NCBI GenBank assembly: GCA_029856525.1
Contig: JAHQXC010000004.1
Coordinates: 5,365-37,364, forward strand
Reading direction: 5' to 3'
Origin: Candidatus Odinarchaeia archaeon
Lineage (GTDB): Archaea; Asgardarchaeota; Odinarchaeia; Odinarchaeales; Odinarchaeaceae
Length of the DNA stretch: 32,000 nucleotides
Shown here: piece by piece, positions 17,144-25,053 of the stretch
How positions within the stretch are numbered: position 1 is the first letter of the stretch
How the letters are laid out: the number at the start of each line of letters is the position of its first letter
The notes under the pieces: model-generated
The model's database searches: none
Told to the model about the DNA's origin: nothing
What the model saw: the letters and a program-made list of their open reading frames with translations, nothing else
Position numbers and translations under genes: made by a program

Positions 17144-18202
17144 ATGAGTAGAATAGTATATTTGTTCAAGATTCTAAGTATTCTAATCGCGGTGGTGCTA
17201 CTCTCCCTTATAATCACGCATGTTAAAATAGATGTTTGGCGTGTTGAAGCCCTCCCAACAGTATTATACCAATTAAGCGCTTTAATTAGATACGGATTCG
17301 GTTTAGTAAATTATTATTCTACAATATCTTTTATCAGAATGTTCTCTCTTCTAACCTCCTCTTTTAACAGTGAGCTAAGCCAGGCTTTAACTCAACTATC
17401 CTCTCATTACTATGATATTATCTGGGGCGCGCACTCTCTAACCCCCCCTTCTATAATCTCTGTTTTAACGAATTTATACTATTTAAGCTTCCAGATAATA
17501 TTAGCAGCCGTCAGTGTCTCACTGATATTATTTACTTTTAGAAACCGTTTAAAATACATATTCATCATATTTCTCGGGTTAAACAGTATCATTATCCTCG
17601 CAGCCTTACAGGGAAACGCATTAATCGGTTTAACATCTTTAACCGGTAACCCTCTGATATTTCTCATAAACCCTGTATTCTCGTTAACAGTCCTATCATA
17701 CTATTACTTGGAAGTCTCTTTCACATGCGTGCACGTCAACGAGCTTTTTAAAGAAAACATCAAGCTCAGCGAAGAAACTTTGAAGAAGCTTGCCAACGCT
17801 AAAAACGCTAACGTTGAAAACCAGTATACTACCAGTGAAATCAAGGGTGTAAAGAGCGGTAGAGTCGATTTATTCAAGCTATCCGCGTTCATAGAGAAAT
17901 TGGAGCGTGATAACCCAGATTTCAGCAGGCTGATAAGCGGGGAATCCATTATTCCAAATGCGAGAAAACTGGTAAGCGACTTCATTGTTAAATCAATTCT
18001 ACGGGTGAGTTTGATTATAACACTCACATTTATATGCGTTAACCCCGCGCCATTACTGGCTTTAATAGGGTCTAGAGCACTTGTTGAGAGCGTTGAATTT
18101 ATAACACCTGAAATAGCGATTCTTCTACTACTGCCTTTAGCATTATTCTTCCCGATGATTTCACTGATAATCGACTACCGGAAGCGTAAACGTGAACAAT
18201 GA
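17144..18202 (+). CDS. Multi-pass membrane protein of unknown function, last gene of the MoxR operon
   Basis: 352 aa, several hydrophobic segments around a charged loop; 9 nt after DUF58 with a GGTGG RBS. Confidence 0.75.
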   Translation: MSRIVYLFKILSILIAVVLLSLIITHVKIDVWRVEALPTVLYQLSALIRYGFGLVNYYSTISFIRMFSLLTSSFNSELSQALTQLSSHYYDIIWGAHSLTPPSIISVLTNLYYLSFQIILAAVSVSLILFTFRNRLKYIFIIFLGLNSIIILAALQGNALIGLTSLTGNPLIFLINPVFSLTVLSYYYLEVSFTCVHVNELFKENIKLSEETLKKLANAKNANVENQYTTSEIKGVKSGRVDLFKLSAFIEKLERDNPDFSRLISGESIIPNARKLVSDFIVKSILRVSLIITLTFICVNPAPLLALIGSRALVESVEFITPEIAILLLLPLALFFPMISLIIDYRKRKREQ

Positions 18203-18301
18203 TCTAACCGTCTTTAAATAATATTTATCAATATATTCGCCTTAAACTAGCTTTAAATAACTGGACACCAATTATATTTTTGATTACTTTGAAAAATAGG
18301 G

Positions 18302-19042
18302 ATGTTGGAAATGGTTAAAATCTCATACTCTAAAAAAGTCTCTGTAGAGGACCTTACCAGATTGCTTAGAGAGCTTATCAGTGTCGCGGAAAAGAAAAAC
18401 ACATCTATAACAGTGGAGGGTATACCTGTACCTTTATCGTTGAATAAAATCTTAGAGCTTGAATTAGAGCTTGAAATAGGCGAAGAGGAGAGTGAACTTG
18501 AACTATCCCTCACATGGTCTAAAAGCGAGGGTGTTGAAACAAGTAAAGAGATGGCTGAAGCTATAGAAAGATTCGAGGAGTCGCCTCACGTGGAGGTTGA
18601 GGCTCCTACTCTTAAAGTATCTGAAAATATCGGCAAGATTCCAGAACCCGTATTAGAGGAGAAGGATATAGCCGGTGAACGTATCGGATTAGAGGAAAAA
18701 GAAGATTTAGATGTTGAAAAAAAATTGGAGGAGGTTATATCAACTTTAACCTCTGAAAGCATATCTGAGACAGGGCGAGAGGAGGATATAGATTTTAAAC
18801 CTCAAGGTAATCTTTTAAAAATTTCAGAAGAGCAGGCTTCAGCAAGCGAATTAAAATTTGAGATCCCAGAGTATAAGCCAGTTGAAGAGTCCACTTCAAC
18901 ATTAGAGTTAGAGAAACCGGAGCGGGAAATTGAGAAAACCGAGGTTGAAGTGAAAGAGGATAATTCAACTGAAGAGCTTGAAAGAATTTTGAAAGCTTTA
19001 AAAGAGAGTCGGTTAACAGGAGAGGAAGGTAGAGAGCAGTAA
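18302..19042 (+). CDS. Amphi-Trp-like domain fused to a long acidic low-complexity tail
   Basis: N-terminal ...DLTRLLRELI...ELELELEIGEEESELELSLTW matches the amphi-Trp pattern; the remaining ~170 aa are Glu-rich. Confidence 0.7.
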   Translation: MLEMVKISYSKKVSVEDLTRLLRELISVAEKKNTSITVEGIPVPLSLNKILELELELEIGEEESELELSLTWSKSEGVETSKEMAEAIERFEESPHVEVEAPTLKVSENIGKIPEPVLEEKDIAGERIGLEEKEDLDVEKKLEEVISTLTSESISETGREEDIDFKPQGNLLKISEEQASASELKFEIPEYKPVEESTSTLELEKPEREIEKTEVEVKEDNSTEELERILKALKESRLTGEEGREQ

Positions 19043-19121
19043 ACCATTAAAAATATATTTTAGTTTTTCAACCTCTATCTTCGGGCCCGTAGCGAAGCCA
19101 GGACATCGCGCAGCCCTCCGG

Positions 19122-19133
19122 ATGATAGGGGGG
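19122..19133 (+). other. tRNA intron 1 (12 nt, canonical 37/38 position)
   Basis: ATGATAGGGGGG. CTCC (32-35) pairs with GGGG, with 3-nt bulges G36-G37-a and g-g-A38; the inner helix is minimal. Confidence 0.85.
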
Positions 19134-19155
19134 AGGCTGAATTCACCGGTTCGAA

Positions 19156-19171
19156 TTCTATGAGACGGAAA
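19156..19171 (+). other. tRNA intron 2 (16 nt, non-canonical 59/60 position in the T loop)
   Basis: TTCTATGAGACGGAAA. Full BHB: central helix TTCG/CGGA, bulges A58-A59-t and a-a-T60, inner helix TCT/AGA. Confidence 0.85.
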
Positions 19172-19700
19172 TCCGGTCGGGCCCGCCACGTTTAAAACCG
19201 CATGCTTTTATAAATTCATCGTTATCGACAGGTGTTATAACAGCTGTGAGAGCACCCTCCTGGTATATTTCAAGTAGGTTTCTATCTCTTATTAATGCGG
19301 TTATTATCTTATCTCCGCTGCTTGCAAGCAGCGCTAGCTTCCTCTTAGAGGTTAATTCGTCTACCTTCTTGATCGCGGTAACTTTCTCTAAGGGTATTAT
19401 TTTTTTCTCCAATCCGTTTTCTATTATAATCTGTTTCTCGGTTACAGCTAATCTTATAAACTTATATTTAATGTGAAAATAACCTCCTAAAGCTATTATA
19501 ACGACGCCTATCGCTATAGAGAATAAAAGATTATAGAGTGATACTTCAGGAAACGGCATAAGAAAGTACACTACAGGGATAAGTGTGAAACCTATAATAA
19601 TTAAAGGCAGAGATCTACGCCAGCTTGAAACTTTTATTCTATCCTCATATATGAGATCTCTCTCGCATACTTCTCGATCACGTTTCAACGCATTTTCCAC
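19158..19700 (-). CDS. Two-TM membrane protein with a C-terminal bacterial PH-like domain
   Basis: Two hydrophobic helices then RLAVTEKQIIIENGLEKKIIPLEKVTAI. The start may be the TTG at 19688. Last 31 nt are antisense to the tRNA. Confidence 0.75.
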   Translation of the reverse strand: MENALKRDREVCERDLIYEDRIKVSSWRRSLPLIIIGFTLIPVVYFLMPFPEVSLYNLLFSIAIGVVIIALGGYFHIKYKFIRLAVTEKQIIIENGLEKKIIPLEKVTAIKKVDELTSKRKLALLASSGDKIITALIRDRNLLEIYQEGALTAVITPVDNDEFIKACGFKRGGPDRISVS

Positions 19701-19941
19701 CTAGATCATTGTGAGAAGTCCTCCTTAAAGGAGGGGATGTATCGCAGTAAAACTAGTTTATAACAGTTATTATTTAAGTATTTATTTGTCTAATATATAA
19801 TGACGTCATTGTACTTTAAGACTTCTTCTTTGAAAGGGAAAGGTAGTTGAGAAAATAATAAATATAATAGTGTGTTATTATTATCGCCGGACGGTTTTAT
19901 ATAACCGGTGAATAATTTTTACCTGTTAACGGTGTTATGTT

Positions 19942-21741
19942 ATGGCGCGTATCGCTGTTTTAAAAAAATCTAGCTGTAAGTCTAGGGACTGCGGGAAACC
20001 TTGCATGACCTTCTGCCCAGGTGTTAGAATGGGTGAGGAGACTGTTAAATTCGAGGAAGGTTCAAAGTATCCTATTATATCAGAGGAGTTATGCAGCGGA
20101 TGCGGTATATGCGTTAAGAAATGCCCTTTCAGAGCGATCGCAATAGTTAATACCCCTGAAACGGTTGAAGAGGAGGCTTCTCATAGATATGGGGTTAATC
20201 AGTTTACGCTTTTCAGGCTTCCCATACCTAGACCTGGGAAGGTTCTAGGTATAATAGGTAGAAATGGAGCAGGTAAATCCACGGCTTTGAGAATACTCGC
20301 AGGTGAGATAAAACCTAACCTAGGTAATGTTCAAAACCCCCCTGACTGGAATGAAATAATCCAGTTTTACAGGGGCTCCGAGCTTCAAGCGTATTTTGAA
20401 AAATTATCTAAAGGGGCTCTCAAAATAAGCTATAAACCCCAGTATATTACGAATATACCTAAAGTTTACACTGGTATTGTAGGTGATTTAATAAGTAAGG
20501 TGGATGAACGTGGCGTTGCTGAAAAGTTGATGAAAGAGCTTTATTTAGAATCCATTTGGGGTAATCAGCTTTCAACTCTTTCAGGCGGTGAGCTTCAACG
20601 TGTAGCTATAGCTGCAACAATCGCTAAAGAAGCTGAAGTGTATCTTTTCGATGAACCTTCAAGTTATCTAGATATTTTTCAAAGAATTATAGCGGCTAAA
20701 ATTATAAGAAGTTTAGCTGAAATCGGTAAAACTGTTATCTGCGTGGAGCATGATTTAGCTGCCCTAGATTTTATAAGCGACTATACCTGTGTTATATTCG
20801 GTGAACCAGGCGTCTACGGTATTGTATCCCATCCCTACGGTGTTAAAGAAGGGATAAACATTTTTTTAGACGGTTATCTTCCAGACGAGAATATCAGGTT
20901 TAGAGAGGAGAGTATCTCTTTCAGTAAAGCTCCTGCCATGCCTAAACTAGACTTGAAGACTACAGGTAGTTTACTAGAGTACAGCGGGTTTGAAATAAAA
21001 TTAGACGGTTTTAAGCTTAAAGCTTCTAGCGGGGGTGTTAAAAAATCTGAGATTATAGGAATTTTAGGAGCTAACGGAATAGGTAAAACAACTTTCATAA
21101 AAGTTTTAGCCGGTTTACTTAAACCTGACACAGCTTTCACAGGAGTAGGCTCGCTGAAAATAAGCTATAAACCCCAGTATCTTGAAGGCGATTACACTGG
21201 TACTGTAAGAGAATTTCTTTTATCCGCTGCAGGCGCATCTATCCTGGACTCTTCCGTTAAATCTAGTATAATCCATCCGTTGGAGCTTGAAGATTTAATG
21301 GATAAGTCTATTTCAATTTTAAGCGGCGGTGAACTTCAGAGAGTAGCTATAGCCGGGTGTCTTCTAAGAGACGCGGATATATATTTAATAGATGAGCCTA
21401 GCGCGTTTCTCGACGTTGAACAAAGGTTTGCAGCCGCTAAAACTATTAGGAGAATAGTGGAGTCTAAGAGTAAGGCTGCTTTTATAATAGAGCATGATCT
21501 TATCATGTGCGATTTAGTCTCGGATCGCTTAATAATATTTGAAGGCGAACCAGGCCGGCATGGACTAGCTAGTAGCCCTCAGGATATGCGTAGCGGAATG
21601 AACTCTTTCTTGAAAATGATGAATATAACGCTTAGAAGAGATGTTAAAACAGGTAGACCTAGAATAAATAAATTAGGGTCTAAACTCGACTCCGCGCAGA
21701 AATCGATAGGAGAATATTATTATGCGCCTGTAAAAAAATAA
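19942..21741 (+). CDS. rli: Ribosome recycling ATPase ABCE1/RLI
   Basis: N-terminal Fe-S Cys motifs (CKSRDC..PC...CP, CSGCGICVKKCP), two ABC domains (GRNGAGKST, GANGIGKTT, LSGGELQRVAIA twice), GRPRINK. Confidence 0.98.
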   Translation: MARIAVLKKSSCKSRDCGKPCMTFCPGVRMGEETVKFEEGSKYPIISEELCSGCGICVKKCPFRAIAIVNTPETVEEEASHRYGVNQFTLFRLPIPRPGKVLGIIGRNGAGKSTALRILAGEIKPNLGNVQNPPDWNEIIQFYRGSELQAYFEKLSKGALKISYKPQYITNIPKVYTGIVGDLISKVDERGVAEKLMKELYLESIWGNQLSTLSGGELQRVAIAATIAKEAEVYLFDEPSSYLDIFQRIIAAKIIRSLAEIGKTVICVEHDLAALDFISDYTCVIFGEPGVYGIVSHPYGVKEGINIFLDGYLPDENIRFREESISFSKAPAMPKLDLKTTGSLLEYSGFEIKLDGFKLKASSGGVKKSEIIGILGANGIGKTTFIKVLAGLLKPDTAFTGVGSLKISYKPQYLEGDYTGTVREFLLSAAGASILDSSVKSSIIHPLELEDLMDKSISILSGGELQRVAIAGCLLRDADIYLIDEPSAFLDVEQRFAAAKTIRRIVESKSKAAFIIEHDLIMCDLVSDRLIIFEGEPGRHGLASSPQDMRSGMNSFLKMMNITLRRDVKTGRPRINKLGSKLDSAQKSIGEYYYAPVKK

Positions 21742-21754
21742 AGGAGAGGAGGGT

Positions 21755-23725
21755 TTAGTCAGGTCCCTTATAGCCAACCGCGCTCTTTAACCCTTCAACA
21801 CTCTCCGGGTTTTGAAGCGTCATAATGTTTCCTAAAGGCTCGTTTCTGACCAGCGCTCTGAGAACTCTTCTCATTATTTTACCACTTCTAGTCTTAGGCA
21901 GATCCTCTGCGAATATTATTTTCTCAGGTTTACCTGTCGGACCTATTCCTTTCACAACTTGATCGACAATCTCTTTCTCAAGTTGGGGGCTCGCTGTATA
22001 ACCTGGTTTAAGTATTATGAAAGCTACAGGCGCTTCCCCTTTAATCTCGTGCGGCTGAGCTACCACCGCTGCTTCAGCTACAGCTGGATGCCCGCAGATA
22101 ACACTTTCAAGCTCACCTGTTGAAAGCCTGTGGCCTGCAACCTTCATCACATCGTCGACTCTGCCTGTGATTCTAATATAACCGTCCTCCGTGTAGTATG
22201 CTCCGTCAGAGCTGAAATAGACTTTTCCACCGTACTCGCCGAAGTATGTTTTCTTATATTTCTCAGGGTCACCCCAAATAGTTCTTAGCATACCTGGTGC
22301 AAGTGGAGGTATCTGAACAAGGTAACCTGAATCTCCCTGAGCCGGTCTGTTACCTTTCTCATCATATATGTCGTGTTCAACACCTGGGAATGATCTGCAA
22401 GCCACGGTTGGAATAAACGGGCCGATACCTGGTATCGAGTTAATAATTGTACCACCTGTCTCCGTCTGCCACCATGTATCTGTTATCACGCAACGGCCGC
22501 CGCCGATTACATTAAAGTACCATAACCAAGCGTCTAAGTTTATCGGTTCACCTACAGAGCCTAGTACTCTAAGCGTGCTTAGATCATATTTCTTAACCCA
22601 TTCATCACCCATTTTAATGAACATTCTAATCGCTGTCGGTGCTGTGTAGAAGATGTTAACCCCGTATTTCTCAATAATAGACCACCATCTACCCCAATCA
22701 GGTGTATCCGGCGCGCCTTCGTATATTACCTGGGTGCCACCGCATAGCAGGGGCCCATAGCAGGCGTATGTGTGACCTGTAACCCAGCCGATATCGGCGG
22801 TACACCAGTATATGTCTTCATCATGTAAGTCGAAAACCCACTTAGTCGTTATATAAGCTTGGACAGCGTAGCCTCCTGTCGTGTGAACTACACCTTTAGG
22901 TTTCCCGGTTGTTCCACTAGTGTAGAGTATGAATAGAATATCTTCGCTATCCATCTGTTCAGGTTCACAGTAGTCGTCTGCTTCATTCATTAATTCATGA
23001 TACCAGTAGTCTCTTCCATTCACCCAGTTGACTTCATTACCAGCGCGTTTAACCACAACTACTTTTTCAATTGTAGTTCCAGCCACAGCTTCATCAGCGC
23101 TAGCTTTCAGATTTATCACTTTACCTCTTCTATAATATCCATCAGCTGTTATCAGAACCTTCGATTTAGCGTCTTCGATTCTATCTTTAAGCGATTGAGC
23201 GCTGAAAGCTGAGAAAACCACGCTGTGAGGGGCGCCTATTCTAGCACATGCCAGCATCGCTATGTGAACTTCAGGTATCATTGGAAGATAGATGCTTACC
23301 CTATCCCCTTTCTTCACACCTAGCTTTTTTAACGCGTTAGCGAATTTGTTAACTTCCCTGTAAAGATCATTGTATGTGAGTATTCTATTAGGTTCGTTTA
23401 TAGGCTCAGGCTCCCATATGATCGCTGCTTTATTCCGCCTCCATGTTTCAACATGTCTGTCCACCGCATTATAGCAAACGTTTAGCTTACCCCCTATAAA
23501 CCATTTGAAGAACGGTAGATTCTCCTCGTAGACTTTCTCGAATGGTTTAAACCATGTTATCACTTCTTTAGCTATATTCGCCCAGAAGCCTATTCTATCT
23601 TTTCTAGCTTTTTCATATATGGTTTCATCGCTCATATTAGCGTATTTTTTAAGCTCTTCAGAAGGCCAGAAAACGTTTTCTCTCTTAGGATCTTTAACAA
23701 CCCATTGAACACCCTTTCTAACCAT
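21755..23725 (-). CDS. acsA: Acetyl-CoA synthetase (AMP-forming)
   Basis: LYTSGTTGKPKG, DTWWQTETGG, GRVDDVMKVAGHRL, LPKTRSGKIMRR. Confidence 0.97.
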   Translation of the reverse strand: MVRKGVQWVVKDPKRENVFWPSEELKKYANMSDETIYEKARKDRIGFWANIAKEVITWFKPFEKVYEENLPFFKWFIGGKLNVCYNAVDRHVETWRRNKAAIIWEPEPINEPNRILTYNDLYREVNKFANALKKLGVKKGDRVSIYLPMIPEVHIAMLACARIGAPHSVVFSAFSAQSLKDRIEDAKSKVLITADGYYRRGKVINLKASADEAVAGTTIEKVVVVKRAGNEVNWVNGRDYWYHELMNEADDYCEPEQMDSEDILFILYTSGTTGKPKGVVHTTGGYAVQAYITTKWVFDLHDEDIYWCTADIGWVTGHTYACYGPLLCGGTQVIYEGAPDTPDWGRWWSIIEKYGVNIFYTAPTAIRMFIKMGDEWVKKYDLSTLRVLGSVGEPINLDAWLWYFNVIGGGRCVITDTWWQTETGGTIINSIPGIGPFIPTVACRSFPGVEHDIYDEKGNRPAQGDSGYLVQIPPLAPGMLRTIWGDPEKYKKTYFGEYGGKVYFSSDGAYYTEDGYIRITGRVDDVMKVAGHRLSTGELESVICGHPAVAEAAVVAQPHEIKGEAPVAFIILKPGYTASPQLEKEIVDQVVKGIGPTGKPEKIIFAEDLPKTRSGKIMRRVLRALVRNEPLGNIMTLQNPESVEGLKSAVGYKGPD

Positions 23726-23914
23726 TGAACCACCTCTAGTGAAAATGTTATTTCAGTTCAGTGTTAAAATATATTCCTATAAAAAGCTTTAGGGATTAAG
23801 TGAATGTACGATAGGGAACTTATTTTCCTATTAATGTTCCCGTATAAACGTAAAATTTATAATGTTAATATAGGTTAAAGTTTTGAGCTTAAGATAATCG
23901 ATTCTGGTGTAGAC

Positions 23915-25051
23915 ATGAACAGCGACCAGGAGTCATTTACCGCGATACTTGTATTAGAGGACGGCTCTATTTTCAGAGGCTTCAGTTTTGGTTGTAAAGG
24001 TGAATTCGAAGGCGAGGTTGTGTTTAATACAGGTATGGTCGGCTACCCTGAGTCTCTTACAGATCCATCGTATCACGAACAGTTTTTATGTCTAACATAT
24101 CCGCTGATAGGAAACTACGGAGTCCCCTCCTACGATGTTTTCGAATATTCTCTTCCGAAATATTTTGAATCTGATAGAATCCAGGTTAAAGGATTAATAA
24201 TAAGCGAGTTATGTTTTCAGCCAAGTCACTGGCTTTCTGTTAAAACTTTAAGTGAATGGTTGAGTGAGCAGGGTGTACCTGGAATATACGGGGTTGATAC
24301 ACGAGAGTTGACTAAAAAACTCCGTGAGAAAGGGGTTATGCTCGGTGTTCTTAAAACATTTAGTGAAGGGGATGAAGTGGACGAGTCGGAGTTGATTAAA
24401 AAAGCTGGGCGGATAAAGGATCCTAACGAGAGAAATCTGGTAGCTGAGGTGAGTACTAAGAGAACTCTAATTTATAATAAAGGCGGTCGGCTGAGAGTGG
24501 TATTATACGACTGCGGTGTTAAATATAATATTATAAGATGCCTTGTGAAGAGGGGTGTTGAAGTTATACGTGTTCCATATGACACGCCATTCGATAAGGT
24601 TCTCGCGTATAAACCTCAAGGTGTATTACTGAGCAACGGTCCGGGTGATCCTAAGAAAGTGTCTTCTCTAATTCTTAATGTTCGAAGACTTTTAGAAGCC
24701 GATATACCTATAATGGGTGTTTGTTTAGGAAATCAGATTTTAGCTTTAAGCGGGGGAGCTGACACATATAAGTTAAAATACGGTCATAGGTCTCAGAATC
24801 AACCCTCCCTGAATGTTTTAAATAATAAATGTTATATTACCAGTCAAAATCACGGCTACACTGTTTTAGAGAATACCTTGGATGAAACAGACTTTAAACC
24901 ATGGTTTGTTAACGTTAACGACCATACTAATGAAGGTATAATAGATAAAACTGGCAGGGTTTTTGCAGCTCAATTCCACCCTGAGAATCATCCCGGTCCA
25001 GTTGACACTGAATTTATTTTCGACTTATTTGTAAAAAGAATGAGTGGTTAA
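23915..25051 (+). CDS. carA: Carbamoyl-phosphate synthase small subunit
   Basis: GEVVFNTGMVGYPESLTDPSY, SNGPGDP, GVCLGNQ, SQNHGY, QFHPE. Confidence 0.98.
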   Translation: MNSDQESFTAILVLEDGSIFRGFSFGCKGEFEGEVVFNTGMVGYPESLTDPSYHEQFLCLTYPLIGNYGVPSYDVFEYSLPKYFESDRIQVKGLIISELCFQPSHWLSVKTLSEWLSEQGVPGIYGVDTRELTKKLREKGVMLGVLKTFSEGDEVDESELIKKAGRIKDPNERNLVAEVSTKRTLIYNKGGRLRVVLYDCGVKYNIIRCLVKRGVEVIRVPYDTPFDKVLAYKPQGVLLSNGPGDPKKVSSLILNVRRLLEADIPIMGVCLGNQILALSGGADTYKLKYGHRSQNQPSLNVLNNKCYITSQNHGYTVLENTLDETDFKPWFVNVNDHTNEGIIDKTGRVFAAQFHPENHPGPVDTEFIFDLFVKRMSG

Positions 25052-25053
25052 CC

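Larger units (their letters stand above)
19083..19188 (+). tRNA. tRNA-Arg(CCG) with two introns and encoded CCA
   Basis: Acceptor GGGCCCG/CGGGCCC, G73, CCA; D stem GCGA/TCGC with AGCCAGGACA loop (A20); anticodon stem CAGCC/GGCTG, CCG at 19118-19120; T stem ACCGG/CCGGT, TTCGAA|T loop. Confidence 0.95.

Noticed and set aside
19083-19188. tRNA as an attachment site of an integrated element
   Set aside because: No duplicate of the tRNA 3' end and no integrase gene found in the window.
19701-19709. In-frame ATG-ATC-TAG before the PH-like CDS as amber readthrough (pyrrolysine)
   Set aside because: It would add only three residues, no pyl genes are seen, and TAGGTGG is better explained as the RBS for a GTG/TTG start.
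19801-19808. TGACGTCA equals the eukaryotic CRE site
   Set aside because: An 8-mer coincidence; no basis for bZIP regulation here.
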